NCBI GenBank assembly: GCA_942492995.1
Contig: OW818653.1
Span: 1,500,001-1,532,000 of the forward strand
Direction: 5' to 3'
From: an uncultured Erysipelotrichaceae bacterium
GTDB taxonomy: Bacteria > Bacillota_I > Bacilli_A > Erysipelotrichales > Erysipelotrichaceae
DNA: 32,000 nt
Each line of letters starts with the position of its first letter. Position 1 is the stretch's first letter. The notes under the pieces were generated by a model that was not told where the DNA came from, did not search any database, and saw nothing but the letters and a program-made list of their open reading frames with translations. Below are positions 1 to 9,647 of the stretch, in pieces. The position numbers and the translations under genes were made by a program.

Positions 1-1836
1 GAAGACAACTTTCATAAACTTAGATACATATGGATCGTTATTAATCTTATCCCCTACAGAATGAATTAGTTTAATAACCTTCTTCGCAAAGTAATACGCA
101 GGCGCTGCTTTTGCCGCAAAGATAAAGCTATGTGGAACCATTGTGAAGTTAGGATCTGATTTTAACTTCTGATAGAGATAGATAATATGCATTACATTTA
201 ATAATTGACGTTTATATGCATGAAGACGTTTAGCTTGAACATCGAAGATCGAATTAGTGTCTAATTCAACACCTGTAACTTCTTTAATATATTTCGCTAA
301 GATTTCTTTACGTTCTAATTTAACTTTTAAGAAGTCTTTTTGAAGTTTCTTTTTCTTCACATGAGGCATTAAGTTAATAAGATGTTCAGGTTGATAAACA
401 TAATCATCTCCGATTGTCTTATCCAATAATTCTCTTAATTGAGGATTGGAATACACTAACCATCTACGATGAGTAATACCATTGGTTTTATTGTTAAATT
501 TAGTACTAAAGATACGGTAGAAATCTTTCATGACATCATTAATCAAGATTTCAGTATGTAATTTCGCAACGCCATTAACCGACATACTCGCAACAATCGC
601 CAAGTTAGCCATGTGGATTTGTCCATCTTTAATAATGGATACACGTTTTACGAGATCTTCTTCATACGGGAATTGTGCTTTCACATTTTCCACAAAACGA
701 CGATTAATTTCTTCGATAATCATATAAATTCTTGGTAATAAGAGTTGTACGAAATGAATTGGCCATTTTTCAAGTGCTTCAGCCATAACAGTATGATTGG
801 TATACGCAACACATTTTGTGACTATTGCCCAAGCATCATCCCAGTTATAACCATACTCATCCATGAGTAAACGCATAAGTTCAGGAATCGCTAGAACAGG
901 ATGTGTATCATTTAATTGGAACACAACCTTATCTTGTAGATTATCTAGACTTGGATAAACTCTTAAATGTGCTTTTAGGTAAGAAATAATACCTGCCGAC
1001 ACAAAGAAGTATTGTTGCTTAAGACGTAAGTAACGACCATGTTCAGTAGAATCATCTGGATAGACATTCTGACAGATTTCACGTACTTCTGTAATATATT
1101 GTCTAAAGTCCTTATTGGCAGGTAAAATATCACTCGCCTCAGCACTCCATAAACGTAATGTATTGGTTGTATCAGTTGATTTACCTACAACTGGCATATC
1201 ATACGGAACCGCTAAGACATGTTCGCAATCCACTTGATTGAAGATAATTCTTCCATCATCGGTTTTACCCATTTCAATGCGTCCCCAAAACTTAACATCT
1301 ACCGCATGTTTAGGTTTACGCACTTCCCAAACATTTCCAAGTCTTAACCATTGGTCCGGAACTTCAATTTGAGCCCCATCCACAATCTTCTGTCTAAACA
1401 AACCATATTCATAACGAATACAGTTGCCATGACCTGGTAATGATTTTGACGCTAGTGAATCTAAGAAACACGCAGCTAAACGACCTAAACCACCGTTGCC
1501 TAAACCAGCATCGGATTCTAAGTCTTCTAACTCATTAATATCAATGTCGAGTTCTTTTAAGCCATCTCTAACCACTTCATAAATCCCTAGATTCATCAAG
1601 TTATTGGTCATAAGACGTCCAATTAAAAACTCCATTGAGAAATAAAACATTTGTTTTGCTTCTAATTGTGCAATCGTTTCTTTACTATGTTTCCAATGAA
1701 TAGACGCATAGTCTCTAACCATTTCACCTAAAACGATATAACGTTCTGTACGATGTGATTGCTCAACTGAACGCCCATATAATTCCACAACGCGTTGTGT
1801 AAAGTCGCGTTTGAATTCAAATTTATCTTTAAACAT
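1..1836 (-). CDS. glgP: glycogen/maltodextrin phosphorylase (GT35), first 612 codons; gene runs off the left window edge
   Basis: Missing from the ORF track only because it has no stop codon in the window. My reverse-strand translation from ATG 1836 (AGGAGGA 5 nt upstream) reads MFKDKFEFKRDFTQRVVELYGRSVEQSH... It contains the phosphorylase hallmark DAGLGNGGLGRLAACFLDS. The frame is open to base 1 (...DPYVSKFMKVVF). Confidence 0.93.
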   Translation of the reverse strand, partial: MFKDKFEFKRDFTQRVVELYGRSVEQSHRTERYIVLGEMVRDYASIHWKHSKETIAQLEAKQMFYFSMEFLIGRLMTNNLMNLGIYEVVRDGLKELDIDINELEDLESDAGLGNGGLGRLAACFLDSLASKSLPGHGNCIRYEYGLFRQKIVDGAQIEVPDQWLRLGNVWEVRKPKHAVDVKFWGRIEMGKTDDGRIIFNQVDCEHVLAVPYDMPVVGKSTDTTNTLRLWSAEASDILPANKDFRQYITEVREICQNVYPDDSTEHGRYLRLKQQYFFVSAGIISYLKAHLRVYPSLDNLQDKVVFQLNDTHPVLAIPELMRLLMDEYGYNWDDAWAIVTKCVAYTNHTVMAEALEKWPIHFVQLLLPRIYMIIEEINRRFVENVKAQFPYEEDLVKRVSIIKDGQIHMANLAIVASMSVNGVAKLHTEILINDVMKDFYRIFSTKFNNKTNGITHRRWLVYSNPQLRELLDKTIGDDYVYQPEHLINLMPHVKKKKLQKDFLKVKLERKEILAKYIKEVTGVELDTNSIFDVQAKRLHAYKRQLLNVMHIIYLYQKLKSDPNFTMVPHSFIFAAKAAPAYYFAKKVIKLIHSVGDKINNDPYVSKFMKVVF

Positions 1837-1889
1837 CCTATCCTCCTAAATACCCTTTAACATAATATCACTAATGAAGTAATTGGTCA

Positions 1890-3716
1890 TTATTTTTTAT
1901 ATTCGAGGTAAATTCCTGCAAATGGCGCAATTCTGACTAAAATACTATGATCAAATCGATGCGATTCAATCGGTTCACTATTTACCGGGAAATAATTGCA
2001 CATATTACATCCATCATAAATATCCTTTTCGGTATTTAATACCTCAGTATAAACCCCTGCATATGGAACTCCAAAGCGATATGATTCATACGAAGCTGGT
2101 GTCATATTAAATATACATAATACAACGGATTGTTGGTCTTCACGATAGAACGAGTAAATAGATTGTGACGCATTATCCGCATCGATCCATTTGAATCCAT
2201 GATGCTTATAATCGAGATGACTTAAAGCACTATGATATTTATACACATGCGATAAATCACGTACATAACGATTAAACGCATTATGTGAATAGTAACCCAA
2301 CAAGAACCAATCTTGTTCTACGTTCTCATCAAACTCTCTAAAGTGCGCAATTTCATTGCCCATAAAGTTTAATTTCTTACCAGGATGAGCATACATATAC
2401 GCATATAAGTTACGAGCTTGCGCAAACTTTTGTTTGTATTCGCCCCACATCTTATTCACAATTGTGCCTTTACCATGTACAACTTCATCATGTGATAAAG
2501 GTAATATAAAGTTCTCTGAATAGAAATATGCCATTGAGAACGTTAATTGGTGATGATGGAATTGGCGATAGATAGGATCTAAACTATAGTATTTTAAGGT
2601 ATCGTTCATCCAACCTAAATCCCATTTATAATCAAATCCTAAACCCATTTCAGTTGTTGGATGTGTTACTTTAGGGAAATCAGATGAATCTTCTGCCATC
2701 ATCGTAATACCAGGATAGCGAACATTAAGATAGTAATTAAGTCTACGAACAAACGCAGTTGCGCCATCATTCGATCCGTTATTCTTATTCCCATGCCAAT
2801 AGATGATATTTGAAACCGCATCGATTCTTAATCCATCCACATGATACATTTCTACCCAGAAACTAGCAGAAGACATTAAGAAACTACGGACTTCTTCTTT
2901 CCATAAATCAAAGTTTAAGGTGTCCCATTGACTGTTCGCATCACTTGAATTTGGATATTCATACAGTGGTGAGCCATCAAATTGACGTAATCCATACGCA
3001 TCCTTCACAAAATGAACAGGTACGAAATCGAGGATAACACCGATTTCATTTAAGTGACATTCATCCACAAACGTCATGAATTGTTTAGGGGTGCCATAAC
3101 GACTGGTAAGCGAGAAATAGCCATGAGCTTGATAGCCCCATGAACCATCAAAAGGATATTCGGTTAATGGCATTATTTCAATATGTGTGTATCCCATTTC
3201 TTTAATATATGGGATTAATTTATGCGCTATTTCTTCATAATTAAACCATTCATGTGCATCGCGCTTCATCCAACTTCCAAGATGTAATTCATAGATATTA
3301 ATTGGTTTATCAAACCCTTTTTCTCTACGATTTACCCACATCGCATCACGCCATGGGAAGTTATGTAAATTAACAACTAAATTAGCACTCTTAGGTCTAA
3401 GTTCTGACGCAAAGGCATAGGGGTCACTCTTTTCAACCCATTCACCACTTGATTGTTCAATACGATATTTATACATTGTCCATTCTGCCACATCTGGCAC
3501 AAAGACTGTCCAAGAACCATCTTCTAAACGAGTCAATTCAACTGGTTGACTCCAATAGTTGAATGAGCCAAGTAACTGAACTCGTTTTGCATGAGGTGCA
3601 TATACTGTAAAACGAACCCCAGGCGCATTATCATAATCAAAATGAGCACCAAATACTTTATGTGCGTCTAAACAATGTCCTTGATGAAATGATTCCACAA
3701 TTTTTTGTTTATACAT
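1890..3716 (-). CDS. glgB: 1,4-alpha-glucan branching enzyme (GH13)
   Basis: 608 aa. GH13 catalytic motifs are present: DGLRIDAVS, MMAEDSS, LSHDEVVHGK. The N-terminal region has a CBM48-like sequence (VRFTVYAPHAKRVQLLGSFNYW). Confidence 0.93.
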   Translation of the reverse strand: MYKQKIVESFHQGHCLDAHKVFGAHFDYDNAPGVRFTVYAPHAKRVQLLGSFNYWSQPVELTRLEDGSWTVFVPDVAEWTMYKYRIEQSSGEWVEKSDPYAFASELRPKSANLVVNLHNFPWRDAMWVNRREKGFDKPINIYELHLGSWMKRDAHEWFNYEEIAHKLIPYIKEMGYTHIEIMPLTEYPFDGSWGYQAHGYFSLTSRYGTPKQFMTFVDECHLNEIGVILDFVPVHFVKDAYGLRQFDGSPLYEYPNSSDANSQWDTLNFDLWKEEVRSFLMSSASFWVEMYHVDGLRIDAVSNIIYWHGNKNNGSNDGATAFVRRLNYYLNVRYPGITMMAEDSSDFPKVTHPTTEMGLGFDYKWDLGWMNDTLKYYSLDPIYRQFHHHQLTFSMAYFYSENFILPLSHDEVVHGKGTIVNKMWGEYKQKFAQARNLYAYMYAHPGKKLNFMGNEIAHFREFDENVEQDWFLLGYYSHNAFNRYVRDLSHVYKYHSALSHLDYKHHGFKWIDADNASQSIYSFYREDQQSVVLCIFNMTPASYESYRFGVPYAGVYTEVLNTEKDIYDGCNMCNYFPVNSEPIESHRFDHSILVRIAPFAGIYLEYKK

Positions 3717-3736
3717 ACGGACCCCCTAATCCTTGT

Positions 3737-5422
3737 TTATTCAAGGTGTGTCTTTAATGCTTGATTAATTGAATTAAACTTCGCTTTAACGTCTTCTTCA
3801 CTATTTCCTAAGACACAGAAATAGAACTTACATTTTGGTTCAGTTCCTGATGGACGAATCGCCAACCAAGTCCCATCTTCTAAATAATACTTAATGACAT
3901 CAGATGCAGGGAAATCCAAAGGACTTATAACATTATTCTTGGTCTTCTGTTTAAGTAGATAATCTTCTTTACCGATAACCTTGATACCCGCAAACTCTTC
4001 AATCACGTTATTTCTAAAATGATTTAATATCGCTTTAATTCTCGCAGATCCATCACTACCTTTTAGTGTTAATGATACTTGATCTTCATGATGATAACCA
4101 AAACGTTTATATAAATCATTTAATACATCGACGAGTGTTAAACCTTCATGTTTATAGTAACTAATACATTCCGCAATTAATAAACATGCTTGTATCGCAT
4201 CTTTATCACGTACAAATGGTTCAACTAAATACCCATAACTTTCTTCATAACCAAACACAAAGTTCTTTTCATGGGTAACTTCATATTTCGCAATTTTTTC
4301 TCCAATAAACTTAAATCCGGTTAATGTCTTTTCAACTTCTACTCCATACGAGTTTGCGACCTTCTCACCTAAATCAGATGTCACAACCGTATTAAAGATA
4401 ACTGGGTTTACTGGTAATGTGTTTAATTGTTTCTTCGTTTTTAACAAGTACTCGATTAGAATAGATCCAGTTTGATTACCCGTTAATAAAACATATTCAT
4501 TATTATGCTTAACCACAATCCCAACACGATCCGCATCTGGATCAGTACTCAATACCCCATCCGCATTCACTTTACGAGCTAGCTCAATCGCTTTCTCATA
4601 CGCTACTTTTTCTTCTGGATTTGGTGACTTTGTGTTAGGGAATTCTGGATCAAAAGTACATTGTTCATCGACAAGAATATATGGATAACCTGTTTTATTA
4701 AACACTTCCGTTACTGGCATTAATGCGGTGCCATGTTGGGGAGTAAAGACTAAACTAATATTTGATTTATCCATTTCAGGACGATTTTCGATTTCAATGA
4801 CACGTGCAATGTACTTATCATCAATTTCTTTATCAATCCAGTGGACTAACTTAGTTTGTTCATCGCTTAAATGAACTTCTATCGCAAGTTCATCTTTAAT
4901 ATTATTAATTTCAAATATAACTTGATCAATAAGTTCAGGAATTAACTGACATCCTCTATTATCATAAACTTTATATCCGTTATATTCTTTTGGATTATGG
5001 GATGCTGTAATTACGATACCACCTTCACAACCTAATTCACGTACTGCATACGATAATTCAGGTGTAGGTCTAAGTGACGTAAAAACATAGGTAGGGATAT
5101 TAAAACTTGCTAATACGTTCGCAGATTCAACCGCAAACTCATAGGACATATAGCGATTATCATAGGCAATCGCAACACCTGTATTAAATACATTTGGATA
5201 TTGACTTAAATAACGTGCAAATGCGACATTTGCTTTACGAATTGTGTGTATGTTTAATCGATTACACCCAACGCCTAACAAACCACGCATCCCTGCAGTC
5301 CCAAATTCAAGATTCGTATAAAATGCATCTTTTAATTCTACTTCACTTAATCGATTTAATTCTTCTTTAAGCTTAGGATCTAAATTAGGATGATTCTTCC
5401 AATGTTGAATTGTTGTTTCCAT
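3737..5422 (-). CDS. pgcA: alpha-phosphoglucomutase (phosphohexomutase family)
   Basis: Phosphoserine loop TASHNPKEYNGYKVY and metal loop DPDADRVG. The track ORF starts at 5461, but that stretch overlaps the ptsH terminator hairpin. ATG 5422 (METTIQHW) follows AAGGTGA and is the better start. Confidence 0.9.
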   Translation of the reverse strand: METTIQHWKNHPNLDPKLKEELNRLSEVELKDAFYTNLEFGTAGMRGLLGVGCNRLNIHTIRKANVAFARYLSQYPNVFNTGVAIAYDNRYMSYEFAVESANVLASFNIPTYVFTSLRPTPELSYAVRELGCEGGIVITASHNPKEYNGYKVYDNRGCQLIPELIDQVIFEINNIKDELAIEVHLSDEQTKLVHWIDKEIDDKYIARVIEIENRPEMDKSNISLVFTPQHGTALMPVTEVFNKTGYPYILVDEQCTFDPEFPNTKSPNPEEKVAYEKAIELARKVNADGVLSTDPDADRVGIVVKHNNEYVLLTGNQTGSILIEYLLKTKKQLNTLPVNPVIFNTVVTSDLGEKVANSYGVEVEKTLTGFKFIGEKIAKYEVTHEKNFVFGYEESYGYLVEPFVRDKDAIQACLLIAECISYYKHEGLTLVDVLNDLYKRFGYHHEDQVSLTLKGSDGSARIKAILNHFRNNVIEEFAGIKVIGKEDYLLKQKTKNNVISPLDFPASDVIKYYLEDGTWLAIRPSGTEPKCKFYFCVLGNSEEDVKAKFNSINQALKTHLE

Positions 5423-5432
5423 GTTCACCTTA

Positions 5433-5459
5433 TAATAAAAAGAAGATGAGATCATCTTC
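5433..5459 (-). terminator. intrinsic terminator after ptsH
   Basis: On the minus strand the stem is GAAGATG / CATCTTC (5442-5448 / 5453-5459) with a 4-nt loop, followed by TTTTTATTAT. Confidence 0.7.
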
Positions 5460-5476
5460 ATTTTATGACATTCTAT

Positions 5477-5743
5477 TTATTGAATGACCTTTTGAGTTCT
5501 TAGTACATCTTCGATCGTCTTGATTGCTTCTTCTTCGTCTTCACCTTCACAAGAAATCATGACTTCTGATTGAGTAGGAATACCCAATGACATAACGCCC
5601 ATAATAGATTTCATATTAACTGAACGACCTTTAAACGCAACCTTGACTTCACATTTGAAACGGCTAGCTGCACTTACAGCTACTGTTGCTGGACGTGCAT
5701 GCAATCCTACTGGATCAATTACTAAAACATTAATTTGCTTCAC
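5477..5743 (-). CDS. ptsH: phosphocarrier protein HPr
   Basis: 88 aa. His15 site GLHARPA and Ser46 site MKSIMGVMSLG are both present. GTG start at 5743 with AGGAGGG 8 nt upstream. No ptsI lies next to it in this window. Confidence 0.9.
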   Translation of the reverse strand: MKQINVLVIDPVGLHARPATVAVSAASRFKCEVKVAFKGRSVNMKSIMGVMSLGIPTQSEVMISCEGEDEEEAIKTIEDVLRTQKVIQ

Positions 5744-5851
5744 ACAAATACCCTCCTACTTGTTGTTTCTATTTTAGCTTATATATTCATTAAATACAAC
5801 AAAAAAGGGCTTTCATTAAAAGTCCTTTAATATTCATTTGTCAGCGTTTTC

Positions 5852-6322
5852 TTACTTATGATAGGCTTGATTATTCAAAATACGATACGAGCGATAGATT
5901 TGTTCTAAGACCAATACACGTACTAAACCATGTGGAAATGTATTATTAGATAGTTTCCATACAGAATTAGCTCTTTGTACGACCGTTTCATCTACACCAA
6001 GCGACCCACCAATCACAAATACGATATTCTTTGAACCGTAAACACTCGCTTGATCAATTATCTGACTTATCTCAACGGAAGTATAATACTTACCTCTTAA
6101 GTCCAATAAAATCACAAAGTCATCATTCGTTATCTTATCTAAGATTGATTTAGATTCTTTTTCAATGCTTAATTTATTACTCGCATCATCATCGTAATTC
6201 GGATAATCTTTTAATTCATCGATACTAATTTTACTATATGGTAAGATACGCTTTAAATAATCATTCACTAAGGAGATAATTGCCTTCTCTTTTAGCTTAC
6301 CAACACAAACAATCTTTATCAT
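5852..6322 (-). CDS. rlmH: 23S rRNA (pseudouridine1915-N3)-methyltransferase, SPOUT family
   Basis: 156 aa with RlmH-type sequence (MIKIVCVGKLKE..., FVIGGSLG..., HGLVRVLVLEQIYRSYRI). Its start overlaps the htrA stop by 4 nt. Confidence 0.88.
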   Translation of the reverse strand: MIKIVCVGKLKEKAIISLVNDYLKRILPYSKISIDELKDYPNYDDDASNKLSIEKESKSILDKITNDDFVILLDLRGKYYTSVEISQIIDQASVYGSKNIVFVIGGSLGVDETVVQRANSVWKLSNNTFPHGLVRVLVLEQIYRSYRILNNQAYHK

Positions 6323-7401
6323 TGAAGAACAACATTTACTGTTGTGCTCTTGCCATCTCTTTCATAGCTAATTGACACAACATCTCCAACATTCTTCGTA
6401 TAAAGTAATTTTCTAAATTCTTTGAAACTTGTAATATTCGTATTATCAAACGCAGTTATAACATCACCTTCTTTTATTCCAGAAAGTTCTGCAGGACTAT
6501 CTTTTATTACACTCATGACATATAATCCTGTATTTAGATCTAAACGAATTCCATAATAACTCTTTTGATATACCGCTAATTCATCTAAACTAACTGCCGA
6601 AATTCCAACTACAGGACGAATGACTTCGCCATTATCTTTTAATTGTTGGATTATTGGAATAATTTCATTAATTGGTATCGCAAATCCCATACCTTCTACA
6701 GAACTGTCCGCAATCTTCATTGATGTAATCCCAATTAATTCACCCGCTAAGTTAATTAATGGTCCACCGCTATTACCAGGATTAATTGCCGCATCGGTTT
6801 GAAGTACGATACTATCCCAATCATCTGTTCCATTATTATCAAGATCAACAGGCACAACGCGATCTTTACCAGATATGATTCCCATTGTGACAGAACCTTG
6901 GAAAGATAGACCTAATGGACTACCAATCGCTAATGCATTTTCACCAACTTTGACTAAGGATGAATCACCTAATTTAAATGCGTTAACTTCGAAATCTACT
7001 TTAACTTCAAGTAATGCTAAATCGGTAAATACATCAGAACCAATCAGTGTAGCCTCAAGTTCTTCACCATTCGCAAAAACTACTTGTATTTTTGAAGCGT
7101 TTTCGACGACATGATTGTTCGTTATAATATGTACAACATTATCTTTACTATCAAAAATAGCTCCACTACCTGTAGATACTACTTCATCAAATTCAATCGC
7201 TTGAATTCCAACTACCTTTTCGATGGAATCTTCCACAACGCGTGTAACATCTGTATCAAATTCAGTCACAACGGTTTGTACAACTGTTCCATCTGGATTA
7301 ATGGTTGTGTCTGCTTTTGTGTTAAAAAATACTTCGTAAGTTAAAACACTATTCCAAATGAGCAATACTAAGATTAGGCTCTTAGTTAGTAATTTCTTCA
7401 T
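6319..7401 (-). CDS. htrA: HtrA/DegP-family serine protease with C-terminal PDZ domain, N-terminal membrane anchor
   Basis: Catalytic triad contexts TNNHVV, DLALLEV and GNSGGPL. The tail is PDZ-like (GLYVMSVIKDSPAELSGIKEGDVI). The N-terminus is hydrophobic. Confidence 0.88.
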   Translation of the reverse strand: MKKLLTKSLILVLLIWNSVLTYEVFFNTKADTTINPDGTVVQTVVTEFDTDVTRVVEDSIEKVVGIQAIEFDEVVSTGSGAIFDSKDNVVHIITNNHVVENASKIQVVFANGEELEATLIGSDVFTDLALLEVKVDFEVNAFKLGDSSLVKVGENALAIGSPLGLSFQGSVTMGIISGKDRVVPVDLDNNGTDDWDSIVLQTDAAINPGNSGGPLINLAGELIGITSMKIADSSVEGMGFAIPINEIIPIIQQLKDNGEVIRPVVGISAVSLDELAVYQKSYYGIRLDLNTGLYVMSVIKDSPAELSGIKEGDVITAFDNTNITSFKEFRKLLYTKNVGDVVSISYERDGKSTTVNVVLQ

Positions 7402-8149
7402 AATCTAATCCTCCTTGTATCATGATACTTTGTGAAGCACATCGTATTGAATAATCGTTTGGGTTTAATCCTTCTTTTTCAAATGCCTCGACAACACATT
7501 GAATCGCTATACTTGGTTGATTCGCTTCTTGAGACAAATGTGCTAAAACAATATCTTTCGTCTTATGAGTTACTAATTGTGATAATAAATACGCACAATC
7601 TTCATTACTTAAATGTCCTGTATCCGATAAGATACGCTGTTTCGTCATATATGGTCGATTTGATTTCATCAATAAATCGACATCATGATTACTTTCTATA
7701 ATATAATAGTCCGCATCCTTAATAAGATTAAAGTCTTTTGACTTAACATACCCAGTATCCGTCATATATACGAGTTTTTCGTTCGCATGTTCGATAATAT
7801 ACCCAAATATCATTTCACAATCATGAGAAAGTACAATTGGCATAATATCGACATCATTTATTCGATGTTTAATATATGGCATCCATACTTGACTATCCTC
7901 ACGTAAATTTAACAATACCGGCGCTACTACTCGATCAATTTGATTGAATACTTTTAGTTGTGAGATGTGATCACTATGATCATGAGTGATTAGTAGTGCA
8001 TCGATACTATTTAAGTCTACATTAATACTGTGAAAAGATTGTGTCAAATATCGCTTTGTCGTGCCACAATCAATAACAAGCTGGGTTGAACCAGCTTGTA
8101 TGTATGTACAATTCCCTTTTGAACCACTTGCGAATATACTATATTTCAT
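7382..8149 (-). CDS. MBL-fold metallo-hydrolase, YycJ/WalJ-like
   Basis: HDHSDH metal motif. N-terminus MKYSIFASGSKGN resembles YycJ-type proteins. Start moved from 8161 to ATG 8149, which lies just after the upstream stop (TAA-A-ATG). Confidence 0.8.
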   Translation of the reverse strand: MKYSIFASGSKGNCTYIQAGSTQLVIDCGTTKRYLTQSFHSINVDLNSIDALLITHDHSDHISQLKVFNQIDRVVAPVLLNLREDSQVWMPYIKHRINDVDIMPIVLSHDCEMIFGYIIEHANEKLVYMTDTGYVKSKDFNLIKDADYYIIESNHDVDLLMKSNRPYMTKQRILSDTGHLSNEDCAYLLSQLVTHKTKDIVLAHLSQEANQPSIAIQCVVEAFEKEGLNPNDYSIRCASQSIMIQGGLDYEEITN

Positions 8150-8150
8150 T

Positions 8151-9647
8151 TTAACATCCATCCAAATAACTACATGGATTCTTAGCTAAACCACTAACGT
8201 ATATACCAAAGTGTAAATGGGCACCGGTTGAACGTCCTGTACTTCCGACGTTACCAATAAAGTCACCTTTTTCGACACGTTCGCCAAGTTTTACTGGAGG
8301 CATACGAACCATATGCGCATACAATGTTTTAGTTCCATTATTATGATCAATGTATACATGATAGCCATTACGCCAATCATAACCTACACGTGAAACTTCG
8401 CCTCTATCGGCCGCATATATCGGACCATTCTTGTTAAAGTTATAGACTAAATCGACTCCTTGATGTCCCGCGTAACAATACCAACGACACGATACATGTG
8501 AATCTGAACCCAATGGCCAACGATATGTACCTGAACCGATACCTGGCACAACCTTTGTCCCAATACGTACAACTTCACGTACAGGTTGTTTAATAATTGT
8601 GGATGAAACAAGTTCACTATCAGAGATAACTCCATTGATAAATGTTTCTTTATACATTACATCCTTATAACCTAATTCTTCTTTAGTCTGTACAACACTA
8701 AAGCCTTCTTGCATCGTATTATCCTTGATATACATCGTAGATTGAGGATAAACGGTTTCTTTTGCGAGACGCTCTTTGGTTACTATGATATTAATTGGTG
8801 AATTGAAATAGGTAACATTTAATTCTGATCCAACTTCTAAGATTTGATTCACTGATTTAATTGATTCAGAATTGATTGTGACAACTTGTTGCGGTGCTAA
8901 ACCAGCTTTATACGCAATCCCTTCAACGGTGTCATATTCTTTTACAGTATAGAGTTTAATATCTGTTCCATATCCATAACTTAAGAAATAAACAATTTCA
9001 GAGATCGATTTTAGAATCTTTGTGGCAGGCGCTAATCCTCTTTGATATACTGCTTTTTCCACAATACTAAAGCCTATTTCACGTGTTCCATAGGTTGTGA
9101 GTGGTGGAGGTAATTTATTAACCCGAATTAATCCAATCGCATCCTTTGAGATAAAGTTTTCTAGATATAAATCTTTCGCTTGTTCAAATAGTTCAATACT
9201 CTTAACATAGATTATTGCCCCATTCGAGAATTCAACTTTATCTGCTTCTACTGAAAACAAATCTTGATTCGCTAGATAATTAAAAATAGCTTCATCTTGA
9301 TTCTCATAATTAAAATTCGTTTCTTCTTCTGATATAAAGATATCTTCCCCAAATCCTAATTTCGTATTTGGAAAATCTGTTTGGTATTTCTCTAGATAGA
9401 TTCTTGATAAAAACGCTTCCGTATCCGCATCATCACTTAAAACCCCAATAAGTTGTTCCTTCTGATAAACTTTCTGAACTTTTTGATAACTTGAATTTAA
9501 GGTTAAAACACTTTGTGGAATAATCGAATCTTCTTGTACGACATTTAAATCAAGATTCGCATATGTGTTATATTCAATCGTTTCATTCATCGAAACGATG
9601 CCAATGGCTATAATGAACGAGAAAAGTATTGGTAATATTTTACGCAT
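8151..9647 (-). CDS. membrane-anchored M23 metallopeptidase with LysM-like and G5-like domains
   Basis: M23 motifs HQGVDL and GSTGRSTGAHLHFGI. LysM-like segment YTVKEYDTVEGIAYKAGLAPQQVV. G5-like segment ending VREVVRIGTK. N-terminal TM segment. Its start overlaps the dnaB stop by 1 nt (TAATG). Confidence 0.8.
   Translation of the reverse strand: MRKILPILFSFIIAIGIVSMNETIEYNTYANLDLNVVQEDSIIPQSVLTLNSSYQKVQKVYQKEQLIGVLSDDADTEAFLSRIYLEKYQTDFPNTKLGFGEDIFISEEETNFNYENQDEAIFNYLANQDLFSVEADKVEFSNGAIIYVKSIELFEQAKDLYLENFISKDAIGLIRVNKLPPPLTTYGTREIGFSIVEKAVYQRGLAPATKILKSISEIVYFLSYGYGTDIKLYTVKEYDTVEGIAYKAGLAPQQVVTINSESIKSVNQILEVGSELNVTYFNSPINIIVTKERLAKETVYPQSTMYIKDNTMQEGFSVVQTKEELGYKDVMYKETFINGVISDSELVSSTIIKQPVREVVRIGTKVVPGIGSGTYRWPLGSDSHVSCRWYCYAGHQGVDLVYNFNKNGPIYAADRGEVSRVGYDWRNGYHVYIDHNNGTKTLYAHMVRMPPVKLGERVEKGDFIGNVGSTGRSTGAHLHFGIYVSGLAKNPCSYLDGC

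Noticed and set aside
530-727. 65-aa plus-strand ORF from the track
   Set aside because: It lies entirely antisense within the glgP coding region. It has no SD, a low-complexity composition and no recognisable motif.
6620-7701. Plus-strand ORFs 6620-6802, 6875-7114, 7111-7344 and 7432-7701
   Set aside because: All are antisense to the well-supported htrA and MBL-hydrolase genes. They are typical shadow ORFs of AT-rich DNA with no ribosome-binding sites.
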